Part shown: positions 23,156-35,424 of the stretch, piece after piece | Layout of the letters: each line of letters opens with the position of its first letter | How positions within the stretch are numbered: position 1 is the stretch's first letter | Assembly: GCF_032062105.1 (NCBI RefSeq) | Contig: NW_026933278.1 | Span: forward strand, 186,001 to 250,000 | Source of the DNA: Saccostrea cucullata | Lineage: Eukaryota | Length of the DNA stretch: 64,000 nt | Direction: 5' to 3' | The notes under the pieces: generated by a model | The model's database searches: none | Seen by the model: the letters and a program-made list of their open reading frames with translations, nothing else | Told to the model about the DNA's origin: nothing | Translations under genes and position numbers: made by a program

Positions 23156-23440
23156 CTTGAAATAATTTGACACCCAATAATTTGGTGTTTTTAGTAGACA
23201 GTGACTGACGTTTCTTTTGAAGGTCAGCGAGTTCTTTTTCAGTTGAAGTTTCGAACCTCTTATCTTGGCCAGATGAATAATCAATTTTTGGTGGAGCAAA
23301 TTCTCTTTCCTCTCAACAGAAAATGCTGCCTTCAGTTCTTTAATAGCTTCCTCTGATAATGTAGATACAACCTCCTCAAGTTGGAATTCCTCATCAAAGA
23401 GGAACCCCAGGGCCTCTCAGTCTACATCATCTTCATTATA
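23156..23440 (-). pseudogene. Decayed Crypton-like (tyrosine recombinase / DUF3504-type) N-terminal exon
   Basis: Minus strand with frameshifts: ...KRFETSTEKELADLQKKRQSLSTK-NTKLLGVKLFQ|GT, resembling the Crypton RF..E..L...R....T...TKWGVK.F pattern. Recognition only. Confidence 0.5.
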
Positions 23441-24045
23441 AGTGTTTGTTGTGATCAAAATTGTAATTCAGATCAAAGTGTGATGCCATATTTAAGATGT
23501 TTGTAACTAAAGCAGACGTTTTGTGGCCGAATGTCATAGAAAACACAACTCATTTAAAATCAATCATTAATTTTTTATGCTTAATATGCATTGATGGAAG
23601 AAGAAATCTTACTAAGACATTAAAAAAGTTGACGAAGAGTTTGTACTTTTTAGCTCGCTTACGCCGATGAAAAGGGTGAAGGGGATTCAAGTTTGTTCAA
23701 AAGAAGGGTAATATCCTCTTCGAGGTGATATAATTATTAATTAGTGAAAAAGTAATTGCATTTGTTAAAAATCTTCTCAAGAACCACTAAACCAGGAAAG
23801 ATGGAATTATGTGGAAGCATCCTCTGGATGTGTAGATTCAAGTTTGTTAACATCATGATCCCAAGGGGAATGGTAAACCTGGGAAAAAATACTTAATCTC
23901 ATACTATGAAAATGCATGTTAAACACGGTTACAAATGCTTGCATATTGTTTTAGAAATTTATTTTTTTTCCAAAAAGACAACTTAATAAATGAAAAAAAG
24001 TCTGTCAAACCATAATATCAATGCACCATTCTGTTAAGCTAATAC

Positions 24046-26428
24046 CACAGGCCTTTGGATCGCTTAAAAAAATTGTGTGAGTAAAAAAAAAAAAGAGAAG
24101 GTATTGAACTCTTACACTGGGTACCTAATTTCGCTAATAAGACATTTTTAGGTCTTTCCACCTTTCTGTGGAAAGACCTCTTGAAATGCTTATGTTTATT
24201 ATTATTATTTTTCTTCCCGGACTTTTGAAACCACAAGACTTATCGAAAAACTTTATAGTTCATGAAACTGGATATCAAAAGTTATTCTGAAAAACGACAG
24301 CCCTTGTTTGAACTTTGACCCCTTTCGAAGTTATTGCCCCTTTCGCTAGAAATGCTTGTTATCACTACTCCTTCGAAACTGTAAACCGTACAAATATGAA
24401 ACCTTCACTAAAGTCTTCGACTAATTGAGAGGACTCTGGAATCTATTCATTGCGAAAGTATTCGGTGACCTCTTCAATGAGTTATTGCCCCTAAACTTTT
24501 TGAATTTTAGAAATAATAAAAAATTTTCAAAACGAGAAGTGATAGAGACATGGGACCAACTGCATAAGATTCATTGACCTTTGAGCTTAAAATTCATGTA
24601 AAGGTCAAAGGTCAAGGTCATTCCAAAACTGAGAAATTTAGTTCTTTTTATATCTTTTTTGTCTCTTAACATATACAAACTGTCTTAGCATCATAAATAA
24701 GTACTCTTGAAACTATTTTAAAGATTCAATTCGTATTCCGTAAGATTGACCCTATTAAAAGTTACCGCCCTTTGTGCGGAAAACCTTGTTATCGCTACTA
24801 CTTCGAAACCATAAACCGTACAAATATGAAACCTTCACTAAAGTCTTCGACTAATTGAGAGGACTCTGGAATCTATTCATTGCGAAAGTTTTCGGTGACC
24901 CCTTCAATGAGTTATTGCCCCTGAAACTGTTTTAATTTTAGAAATAATTAAAAATTTTCAAAACGAGAAGTGAAAGAGACATGGGACCAACTGCATAAGA
25001 TTTATTGACCTTTGACCTTCAAATTAATTTCAAGGTCAAAGGTCAAGGTCATTCCAAATATGAGGAATAAATGTCTTTCAATAGCTTTTATATCCTCAAA
25101 CATATACTATCTATCTTCTGTCTGTAACATGCACTCTTAATACTCTTTTAATGATTTTTTTCTTGTACCCTAAGATTGACCCTTTGAAAAGTTATTGCCC
25201 CTTGTGCGAAAAACCTTGTTATCGCTACTCCTTTGAAACCATAGACCGTAGAGACACCAAACCTTCACTGATGTTTTAAGGGTCTGAAGACCTAACTTCA
25301 CTGTATCAGTGCTAAAGAATCTGATGACCCCTTATATGAGTTATTGCCCTTTAACTTCTTTGTACTTACTATTAAACATGATAACTTGAAAACTATAAGT
25401 CGTAGAAGCATGGGGTCAATTGCATTGGGACCCTTGACCTTTGACCTTGAACATTTTCTCAAGGTCAAAGGTCAAGGTCATTCCATTTTTTTTTAAATTT
25501 TCATTTCTCTATGCTTTAAGACCATTTTGGATTCTTTTTCATGGAATTTAATTTTAAGGAGTCAGATATATAACAAATTTGAAATTCAAAGAAGGTGGAA
25601 AGACCTCTTATTGTTCTGTGAACAATAAGTCTCCTAGTTTTTTATTCTAATGCTCTAAATTTCTACTTTCTATTTAATTCTATTCATTGATAAACATTCT
25701 TCAATTCTACCAAAGTTCATTCCGAAATTCCGTATATTTCTTGCGATATTCTGAAATCAATATCAAAAATGACCTACTTTCTTTTACTCGACATTAGCTT
25801 GGGCGCCTGGTCATTCACATGTAAAAAGACGGAGTTTGAAGTGCAGCGAAGAGTTGCATAGTATTTGCAAAATCTTTCAACAATTTAAATTGGATTTCTT
25901 ACTCCAGATTTTAATGTTAAGTCTGTTATAATATTCCTTTCGCGAAAAATTAATTTGAAAACGTCTACATCAACATCTACCGCCATGTTGATTATGAATG
26001 TAAATGAAGCCATGATAGAACGAATTTTTCCCGGATTGCATTATATACCTTTCTATTTTCAAAACAATTAGACTGCTGAAGTGTTGTTCGGGACTTAGTT
26101 ACACCATATGATCAAATTGAAGAAAAACCTTGTTAAGCTCGAATGCAAATGAGCAAATATTCATTGCGTATAGAGTAAATTCTGGGGAAAATTTGTCCCG
26201 TCGTACCCGCTTTACAATTAGTGAAGGCCCAAGCTGATGTTGGGTAAAAATATAAGGTCAATTTGGGAATTGATTTCAGAATATCCAATGAAGTATGAGG
26301 AATTACGGAATTAACTTTGGTTGTAATGATAATTGTTTATACATGAATAGAATTTTATTGGCGAAAGTAGGTATCCCATGAAAAGAGTACCTTTACTTTT
26401 TTTTTTCTAATCGATCTAAAGGCCTGTG
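24046..26428. mobile_element. P-element- or hAT-like non-autonomous element with 8-bp TSD
   Basis: TSD gctaatac at 24038-24045 and 26429-26436. TIR cacaggcctttggatcgcttaaaaaa / (rc) cacaggcctttagatcgattagaaaa. Long imperfect inverted arms at ~25690-25805 and ~26225-26350. Confidence 0.85.
24146..25640 (+). mobile_element. HINE with ~2.8 x 430-bp tandem units, nested in the 8-bp-TSD element
   Basis: subTIRs aggtctttccacct / aggtggaaagacct; (tta)n; anchors a(a/g)accgta at 24383, 24813 and 25243; 3' hairpin cttattgttc-tgt-gaacaataag then ctagt. Confidence 0.85.
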
Positions 26429-27141
26429 GCTAATACCTGCAATTCTGCACTTGCAACAACCTGTTATATTATGGCATTGCACCTGAATTTTTTTTAAAAT
26501 TTGTTTTCCAATATGGAAAAACTAAAATAAGTGCCAAGTTTTTGGCTTATAACAGTTGATTTAACATTAAATGAAAGCATTTTTGTATATATTTGAAAGA
26601 ATAATTTTTCATTTTGTTTTGTGTTGGTCTCGCTTTACAACAGAAGAATAAATTATAAATATCCTGTTTCTCTTTATCTTCAAATTAAATATCCTATCCT
26701 CATGTGCACGAAAAAGGTGTCTATCAAAATTTGACAAATCCATCTAAATGAAACTGAGGTTAAACTTTGTCTTAAAACTTGAATACAATTTTGTGAAATT
26801 TTCATTATTCATATATTTTACATACATGTATTATGGTTGGAAATGATATGTGTGACTAAGTGTGCTTGACTCCCAACATGAAGAATATAAATATAGTCCC
26901 TTCCCTTTTCTTTTCAGTGTTCACAATTTGAGACCCTCCCCTAAATTACTTGTCCTCCACATATACAGCCTCTTTTTTTTACTAATTACATAAACCTTGA
27001 AAAACTGAATTACTTTTTTCATTTCTATTTAGCATGCAGAAGTTCACATTTGATTGATGGACTATTGGACGTTATATTTTAGCATTTTCTGTTGCATCAC
27101 CTCACATAAAAGGTAACTAATCAATAAATCTCTAAATATAA

Positions 27142-27534
27142 GGCCATCACAAAAAATAAATTGTTTGGTATACTCCGACCGACCCATTTAAATAGCCCCT
27201 ACCCATTAACTTTTTTTCAGCACACTGAATTTTAATTTGTTTAAAATTTAGTTTTATAAGAAATGTCGATTGTTTCATATTTAAGCTCTAATTTAAGCTC
27301 TGTATCTAATTTCTCTAGGATGCGTTTGAATTGAAAATTTTCATACCAATAAATATTAAATCTGTCTATTTATCTAGTGTGTTTTAAAAACATTAATAAA
27401 TTTCTGAGTCTGTAATTCTTATGACAGATTAATATCAATTTGATAAATACTAAAGGCGAAAAGATATAACTACCAACCCATCTTGAAAAATGTGGGTCGA
27501 AGTACTTCAAATAAAAATATTTTTAATGATGGCC
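27142..27534. mobile_element. MITE with TAA TSD (PIF/Harbinger- or Zator-like)
   Basis: taa|ggccatcacaaaaaata ... tatttttaatgatggcc|taa, with internal tactccgacc / ggtcgaagta inverted match. Confidence 0.7.
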
Positions 27535-28540
27535 TAACATAATATTTTACAAATACATTTATACCATCAAACAAATCACTTTGTATATTATTTCGATGTC
27601 ATCATTATACAACTATTAAGTCAAAGACTTTGCATATTGTAATATGCCATATTTTCTTCTTTCAAAACATTAGGAAGTGAGGTAAAAATTAAGTTACAGT
27701 TTACAATAATAAAATTGTCAAACAAAAATGAATTGGATACAAATGAAAGAAATCTACTTTTCCTGTCCAGGAATTGTTTCATTGTTTCATGAAAAAATGT
27801 GCGAATTCACAAAAACTACGATAAACAAATTTGGTTTATACAACAAAGCAAAACGTATGATACAGGAAATGAACAAATTGCGCAAAACTCATAGTATGAA
27901 AGAGGAATATCATTCTTTTTGTTCCACTTCATTTGTATTTCCTAAAACATCTGAACCCAAGAAAATGTTTCCACACCAAACAATGAAATTTACAGTCTAC
28001 ATAATGAAATTCTTCAAGTAAAAAACAAATTATACGAAAAACAATCACAATTGTACAGAGCTACTGTGAAAATACAAAGGAACTTGAGAACAATAACAAA
28101 TGTGAAAAAAATGTGAAAACTTTGCAGGAACAAATCTCCTTTATGACCTCAAAAAGTGCTACAACTAAAAAATCGAACAAATCAACACAATGCAATTTAA
28201 CAAAAACAATTGTTGATTTACAACAACTGGAAAAAAACGTGATGAAAGTCCTCCCACCTCAAAGCCAAACATATTGAATGCCAGGGATACATCTCAAGGC
28301 AAACCTTTCTCTGCAGTTACGAAAACTGTATTACTTCTTCAGAGCCAGAAATATTTCTTTGGAACACATTAATCAATTGTTTCAAGAAGTCCTTTCTTTA
28401 GAAGATGTTGAAATTTCTGATCTTCCTTTAGTGAGTACAATTTCAAACATGACGAGTGAACTTGATACTTTGAGCCGTGCTGAAGTTGCAGGGGAAATAT
28501 AGCAGCAGTCTAACTTAACGTCATATCTAGATGCTAACAC

Positions 28541-30195
28541 AAACAAGAGGCCCACTGGGCTTATAGGTCACCTGAGTATCCTGTAACAACTTTCCAGTGA
28601 ATGTATTTGGTTCGTGTTTTAATCCAAAAGCTATGAAATTCACAAATTTTGAAAGAGGCACCATTGCTTATCAAAGGGCAGATTTCAAAGCATTGATTTA
28701 TTTTTAGTCAAAGTACCCCCCTGGTACCCCTGACCCAGCGGCCCTGAAATTATCTATTTTGAAAGAGACCCCTTTCTTCATTACAAGGCCAGCTTTTTTT
28801 TATGTATATGTATTATGTTTAGGTATGAACATGAGAATAAAAAAGTCCCGAAGGAGAAGGAAATAAATTTTTTTTATGATAAATCAATTATTAACATTTG
28901 TATATTTTTTTTTATGCTATTCTAATAGGCTCCTTACCACTGGACACATAATGCTTACAAATAGGAAAGTAGAACATTTAATTGCTTATTTCATCATCTG
29001 CCAGTTTGGGCTAGTTATATAAATTTTGTGATGTTGGTCAAAATATATTTTAAAAAATCAATTCTTTGATAGTCTTTCAATATATCTTCATTTTTTACAT
29101 ATGTGTGAGGTGAATGTGTAGACATTGTTCTAAAATTTACTTGATGCCTAAAATTATAATTCCTATCATAAAACAGACAGGGAGTATGGGGGAGTAGGGT
29201 GAACATTTTTTTCAATTAATTGTAAAATATTTTTTCTGGTAGATACAAATGATACTACACGCCTGTATATATTTGTATATTTTTGCCATTTAACTGTTGA
29301 GTATGGTTATTGTTTATTTCTTCCTCAAATGGACTTTACTTCTCCCATAGTTTTATTCATTACATCTGATGCATAAGCCACCCTTTTCTGAAGAATGCTG
29401 CTAAGACTGTAAGCTATAACAGAGACCTAAACAATGTCGCTGGCAATATGCAAAAGCTACCACGGGCAGTTTAAAACCTGGGGGAGGAAAATAATTTACA
29501 AATACTTTTGAAAGGAATACATAATTATCTCACCAGCATGTCATTGTGCAACAAAGTCGTCAGCATTTTATTTGTCCTTTGAACGGGTGAAACGCTTTGA
29601 ATGGCACTCAAATCGATGAATTTTACACTAAACAAAGCTATCTTCTCAGATCTAGCATTATTGAACCGCCGTTTCATCTTAAAATCGGAAGTGCGAGTTC
29701 GTTAATTTGAAATCTCGATCCCGACTCAGTTTGACATCGGAAAGAAAAAAATTGTTTTATTTTTTTTTCTGAATTCAAAACCTTGAGCGGAGGGTTTGTA
29801 AAACTGAAAATAAAATAAATCCTGGTCTTCAATATGTAATTAGATCATTAGCATATTAACCAGGAGCAAAGGATAAGATGTTCAAAGAATTCATGCATTT
29901 CACTATATAAACATTAGAGCCCCATCCTAAAACAAGAACCCCTCACACTTGGGCCAAAAAATTCACCATTTTGGTAGAGGCACTCTTGCTCATCATAACT
30001 ATGTATTAGTTTATTTAATACCCAGGAGCAGAGAAGATTTTCAAAGAATTCATGTATTTTCACTATATAATCATTAGAGCCCCGCCCTATCACCTGAACA
30101 CCCTGATCCTGGGGCCATAAAATTCACAATTTTGGTAGAGGCACTCTTTGTCATCATAACTATGTACTTAGTTAGTTTATTTAATACCCAGGAGC

Positions 30196-30229
<34 letters not shown>

Positions 30230-32198
30230 CACTACCTACTTATTTAGCCCCGCCCTAGCACTAGAACCCCTGACCCCAGGGCCATGAATTTCACAATTTT
30301 GGCAGAGGGTTCATTGCTGATTACAATCATGCAAACAGTTTGACTGCTTGATGTCTAGGAGTAAAGAAGAAGATTTTTAAAGATTGCATTAATTTTAGTG
30401 GTTTTGGCCCCACCCTCAGGCCCCAGGGGGGCAGGGATCATGAAATTCACAATTTTTGTTCCTCTTCACCCATAGATGCTTTGTGCTAAATTTGGTTGAA
30501 ATTGGTTCAGTGGTTGCACTGAAGAAGCTGAAAATGTTCAAATGTTAAGGACAGACGAGACGTTCCTTAATAATAGATAAATTTTTCTAAGAGTTTTTCA
30601 TTTAAGTGTTGCTACTTAAACATGTCTACTCACAAAAAATTGAGGTACCTTACCATGCATTTCTGCAAGATACCAGTGGTAGTTTTTCTTATATAATCCT
30701 TTGGGGAAGCAAAATAATTTTCCAATTTCAAATGTTTAAGGGTTTGGATTTCTTAAAAACGTTAAGAAACTGGTTTAGAAATCAGAATGTAACTAGAAAA
30801 CTGACCAGTCAGCAAGGGCCCCGCCATGGGGTAGAATTAATAGGGTGCAGCTTACGGAATGATTAAAAAATGTACGAAGAATAAGCAACAGCAACTGTAT
30901 TCTTAAAATTTCAAGATAATTCCTGAATATTCAAAAACCTGAAAATAATATCCTTGTACTTACATTAGGCAGTAAAGAACAACTTAATGTATATTTAAAC
31001 AATTATGAAGAATTTGTGTTATATAAAATGCCAGCCTTGAATGAATGCAAATATCATGAAGGCTTGACCTTAACTTCAAACAAACAGCAGTTGCAGACAA
31101 AGGTTTTCATTAATCTTAAAGTGACAGAATAAAGAAAAGCCTACTAAATTTTCTGCAGCTGGCTAGATAATTAATCCCAAGGGATTAATTGTACCTCTCT
31201 CATCATTTTCTTCTAAAGTACAATAAGAACTTTTTCAGTATTAATGATAGAATGTGGTTTTTATACAACTATTCTAAAAATTAATAATATGCTTGAATTA
31301 ACATAAAGTGAAAAAAGTAAATCAAAAAATGGTTCAAAAAATCTTCTTTAATCTATTTCTTGTTATTAGAATTCAATGAAATCATAACTATTTAACAAAT
31401 ATAAATTATAAAAAAATATAATATTTAAATCCACATTTCAGAGTGTTCATAGCATTCCAAATTGACTTAACTTCAAAACAAACTTCATTTGCAGACAGAG
31501 GTGGTAATTAATCTCAATTTGACAGATAAAGATAATGCTCTGGATTTTCTTCAGGAGGAAAGCTAATTAATCCCAAGGGACTCATAGCAGCATTCAGTTT
31601 TACAATAGCAACATCTTCAGCAGTTATCTCTCTTTGCCAATGCTTTTGTATATAAATTTAAGGAATCTACCCCACCACCCCAGCTCCAAACCAGGGGACA
31701 TAGAGAACCAAACTTAGCATCAAAATATGTATTTCTGCCTACTGAACTATCATACCAAATTTGTACTTGATAGGGCAGCCATAAAAAAAGTTGCGCATTC
31801 ATTCTTATGCATAGTTAAGGAATCTACCCAACCACCCCAGCTCCAAACCAGAAGACATAGAGAACCAAACTTAGCATCAAAATATGTATTTCTGCCTACT
31901 GAACTACCATACCAAATTTGAACTTGATTGGGCAACCATAAAAAAAAGTTATTAGAAAAAAACAGAAAATTTGTGGACGGAAGAGTGACAGACGGACAGA
32001 CGGACGGACAGAGTGATTACTATAGGGCACCCGCAAATCCTTGCGGGGCCCTAATTAAAATTTTGAATATTTTCCATACATTACGAAGATATACAAAACA
32101 GATTTTGAGGAACGTCTCGTATGACCTTAACACACGACGAACGACGACGGACGAAAACAGATAGCAATAGGTCACCTGAGTTTACTCAGGTGACCTAA
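28541..32198 (-). mobile_element. Composite HINE (~165-bp units) with nested insertions
   Basis: Ends aaacaagaggcccactgggcttataggtcacctgag and ataggtcacctgagtttactcaggtgacctaaaa; ccaggagca anchors at ~29860, 30022 and 30188. Confidence 0.75.
30556..32119. mobile_element. Tc1/mariner-like MITE, itself containing a HINE-like insert (~30812-32056)
   Basis: TIR cgagacgttccttaa / ttgaggaacgtctcg|ta. The inner element ends acagacggacagacggacggacagagtgattactatagggcacccgcaaatccttgcggggccctaa and carries a short tandem repeat (~31660-31950). Confidence 0.6.
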
Positions 32199-32689
32199 AA
32201 AGGAAGGCACTTTTACGGGGTTGAAGTATCAACAACTCAAAAACCGCTCACATTGGGTTTAAGAGAAGTAGCTGATTCCAAAAGCTTCACGTATGTCAAC
32301 TGCACCAACGAAATTTTGGATGACACAGTCAGTTCTGATACAGTCAGTTCTGATCAAGGTCAATTTTTAGAAAAAAAAATTCAAATTTCATGACGGACAG
32401 GAGTGCAACGGAAGAAAAAGTATACAAAATTCTTGGATCTAGTGTAAATAATGACAAATACCATTCTTCTAAATGAGCAGTTCACCCCTTCTCTAATTCT
32501 TAGATGTCTGTCTTAAGGAAATAAGAAACTTGAAGAAAGAACACAAATTAAACATAAATTCCTCTGCCTGGTCCAAATCAAACACGTCTTATGCTTTCGG
32601 TGTCAAAACTTTTCCATAAGGATGGCCCTGGAGATCCTCTGTTCACATCCACCTACATTAAAGATACTCTCAACAACTCAAAAATTTCA

Positions 32690-33320
32690 CACTTGAATTT
32701 AGATCTGAAAGCATATTGGTCTCCATGGGATCGTCTAGCCTTGTACAAAGACATTCTATACAGAATTTGGAAAGATACAAATTTAGATTTGCACATAGCC
32801 CAAGTTGCTTTACCCTGTTGTTCTTGACAGGAAGTCTCCGACAAGTTAGACACAACCCCTTCAGCTGGTCACTTTGGAGTGCTCCGAACTTTGCATCGAG
32901 TCCGTCAGAGGTTATATTGGCCTAACAGTAAAAGAAATATCTTAAAATTGTGTCAAGCGTGTCTTAATTGTCAAATACACTACCCCTGTTACAAAACAGC
33001 CAAAAGCTTAAATGAGATAATATTTAGTTGGTGCTCCCATGGAGACAGTGGCTATTGATATATTTGGCCCCTTGCCCCGATCAAAAGCAGGAAAACTTAA
33101 CAAACTGATTGTAAGCGATTACTTCATTAGTTGGACTGAAGGTTTTCCTTTGAGTAATATTGAAGCTTCTACAGTGGCACAAACATTTGTTTTTTAATTC
33201 CACTAGTACTGTAGGTGTGGTGTCCCCCGCAAGTGCATACGGATCAAGGCACACATTTTGAATCTGATCTATTCTAAGAAATCTTCAATTCATGAAAGTA
33301 CTGGAGAGACCCCCTGTTTA
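32690..33320 (+). pseudogene. Gypsy/Ty3 integrase relic (second copy ~36452-37080)
   Basis: With frameshifts: YWSPWDRLALYKDILYRIW; GHFGVLRTLHRVRQRLYWP..CQACLNC (H2C2); GAPMETVAIDIFGPLPRSKAG..LIVSDYFISWTEGFPL; HTDQGTHFES; HESTGETP. Confidence 0.85.
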
Positions 33321-33616
33321 CTCTTAGACCCTACCATCTACCTGCCGTCAGCCCCTGCACCTCCTCAAGTACCACCCTTGTCATCTGTGCCTGTGACGAC
33401 ATTTGCCAGCATCTCTTCATATGTGCTTTACAAGAGTGAGTCGTCTCCCACAGTGTACCATCATGTGGACTTCATTAACGATTCCTCTTTTTTTCTTTGC
33501 TGGAGCCCACAGTTTCGAGGAGAATGATTTTATTTGAGTATTATATTTGAGATTAAGTAAAAGAAACCGTTGCCTGTATATAGATGAAATGCTCGGCTGT
33601 GAGAAGGCAGCAAGTA

Positions 33617-34595
33617 CAGTGGAGTCGCCAATTCCGGTTCGTCTCCAATTCCGGGTCACTCATTGTATTTTATGTCATATTGTTGACATTTAAGCGCAAA
33701 AACTAAAATGAATACGCTGGTCATTAAGAACTGGTCTTTCTGTATCTGATTAATTACAAAATTTTGAAAATTAACTATTAGAGAGCATCCGTCAATCGAA
33801 ATTCTGAAACGCACGCATTTAAGACTTGGATGTTTCTGCTGCGGTGACGGGCTACTTTCGTTTTTGATCGCTGCAGAAAGGCTGACTTAAAAGTTCTAGA
33901 TAATGATAAGAGCTCGAAAGTATGGTAAATGCATTTAGTTTTAAATCTGAAATCAATCATATTGATCGCTGCTCAAATAAAATTTTAATGATTATTAATT
34001 CAAACTGTAGTAGTTTCTCCAATTGCGGGTCACGTAATCTCGTGGTATGAACATGTCAAAATTCTATGTACAAAACCAATCGACAACCATGTATTTACCT
34101 TGATTATCAAAAGTATTCTAACTATTTATATTTTTTCTAAAGATTAAAATCGAGTTAACACTTCAAATGCATTTTTTAATGATCTCAATACATTTTTTTT
34201 AAAAGTCTGCATACTGCAATTTGATTTGTTGTAATTGTTTTAAAAATAATTGAAACATATTTCTTTGGCTGTTTTACTTTTTTTCCAAGCTACATGATTT
34301 GTTTTATGTTTCAACATTATAAAAGTTGTGTTCCGAAACGTTTCATGAATATTACACGACCGTGAAGTCACGTGACCCGGAAATGGAGAAAATGATTCGT
34401 AACTGGGGAAGCTAGGCTTTGCTGAAAGATCCACTGTAAATATTGTTCCCGTGTAGCTACTTCGAAAACGAAAAGGTGTTTCGATGAGTCACAATTTGTT
34501 CTTTCAATACATATATTGCATAAAATATAAATTGAACAGATTTGCAAAATATCAACGAAACACCCTGACGTGACCCGGAATTGGCGACTTCACTG
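33617..34595. mobile_element. TA-flanked Tc1/mariner (pogo-like) MITE, copy 1
   Basis: ta|cagtggagtcgccaattccgg ... ccggaattggcgacttcactg|ta. Confidence 0.85.
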
Positions 34596-35247
34596 TACTA
34601 TAAAGTTTATACATATTTTAGACCCCATTTGTTTTGCTGTTTTTCGTTGAGACATAAAAAACATGACTTCCTGTGTATTTTACCTTTAAACATCAAGAAA
34701 TTGAATATTGAATCGTTTTAATATTTATCTGTATAAAATAAATTAATATAATTTTAAATTGTTCCAAACTTGATTACAAGTCGTGAAAAGAATTTACAAT
34801 GGTTCGACTTGATTCAACCCAGTAGAAAGCTGCATTGAGCAAAAATTCACTGTCTCTTAAAGTCAATCATGCTACAAGAAGTCACAGTTTTCTATTTATT
34901 TTTTCGTTTTTTTTGTTTTTTGGTGTTGAATTTTACACTGTTGTCTTTATGGTCGAGTACCAAATTTTAAAATGAAGCTGCGTGAAGCAGTTTGAGACTT
35001 GAAGCTAAATATAATTTTTTTTAAAATAGGCCTAGTCATCAACCATATTACATTCCCATCTTAATATTAGAATTGTTATATACTCTGATCATGTTAATTT
35101 TATCTGCTAAAATAATAATATGACTGTCTCCTTTTGTTGTTAATTGAAGTTTGGAAGCATTTAGGCTAAGTTCAATTCTTTTAAATAATGAACTTCACTT
35201 TCATGAAGATTGAAGAATGATTTTTAAACCTCATATTTTTTTCATAG

Positions 35248-35424
35248 GTGCGACTGAAATGGTGCCTCAATGCCCTCAAGCAGAAAGAGGACTTCCGAGA
35301 CGTTATCTTTGTGGATGAGAGCACGAAAGAGATGTCCGCTCATGGAAGACTCTTCTTCCATCAGGACAGCTCTCAACTGCAGAGAAAGTGTGCGAGGAAA
35401 TCCAAGCCAAAGCATGCCTATAAG
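35248..35424 (+). pseudogene. Isolated exon of an intron-containing Tc1-like transposase (second copy 39007-39183)
   Basis: AG|VRLKWCLNALKQKEDFRDVIFVDES...KPKHAYK|GTaag. The next acceptor at ~35609 gives VHV, then similarity is lost. Confidence 0.75.

Larger units (their letters stand above)
28278..32420 (+). pseudogene. Decayed DDE transposase split by a 3.66-kb HINE insertion
   Basis: Joining 28540 to ~32199 gives ...SELDTLSRAEVAGEI*QQSNLTSYLDANTKKGRHFYGVEVSTTQKPLTLGLREVADSKSFTYVNCTNEILDD...SNFMTDRSATEEK, i.e. RNase-H-like strands with two candidate catalytic Asp. Superfamily not assigned. Confidence 0.6.
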
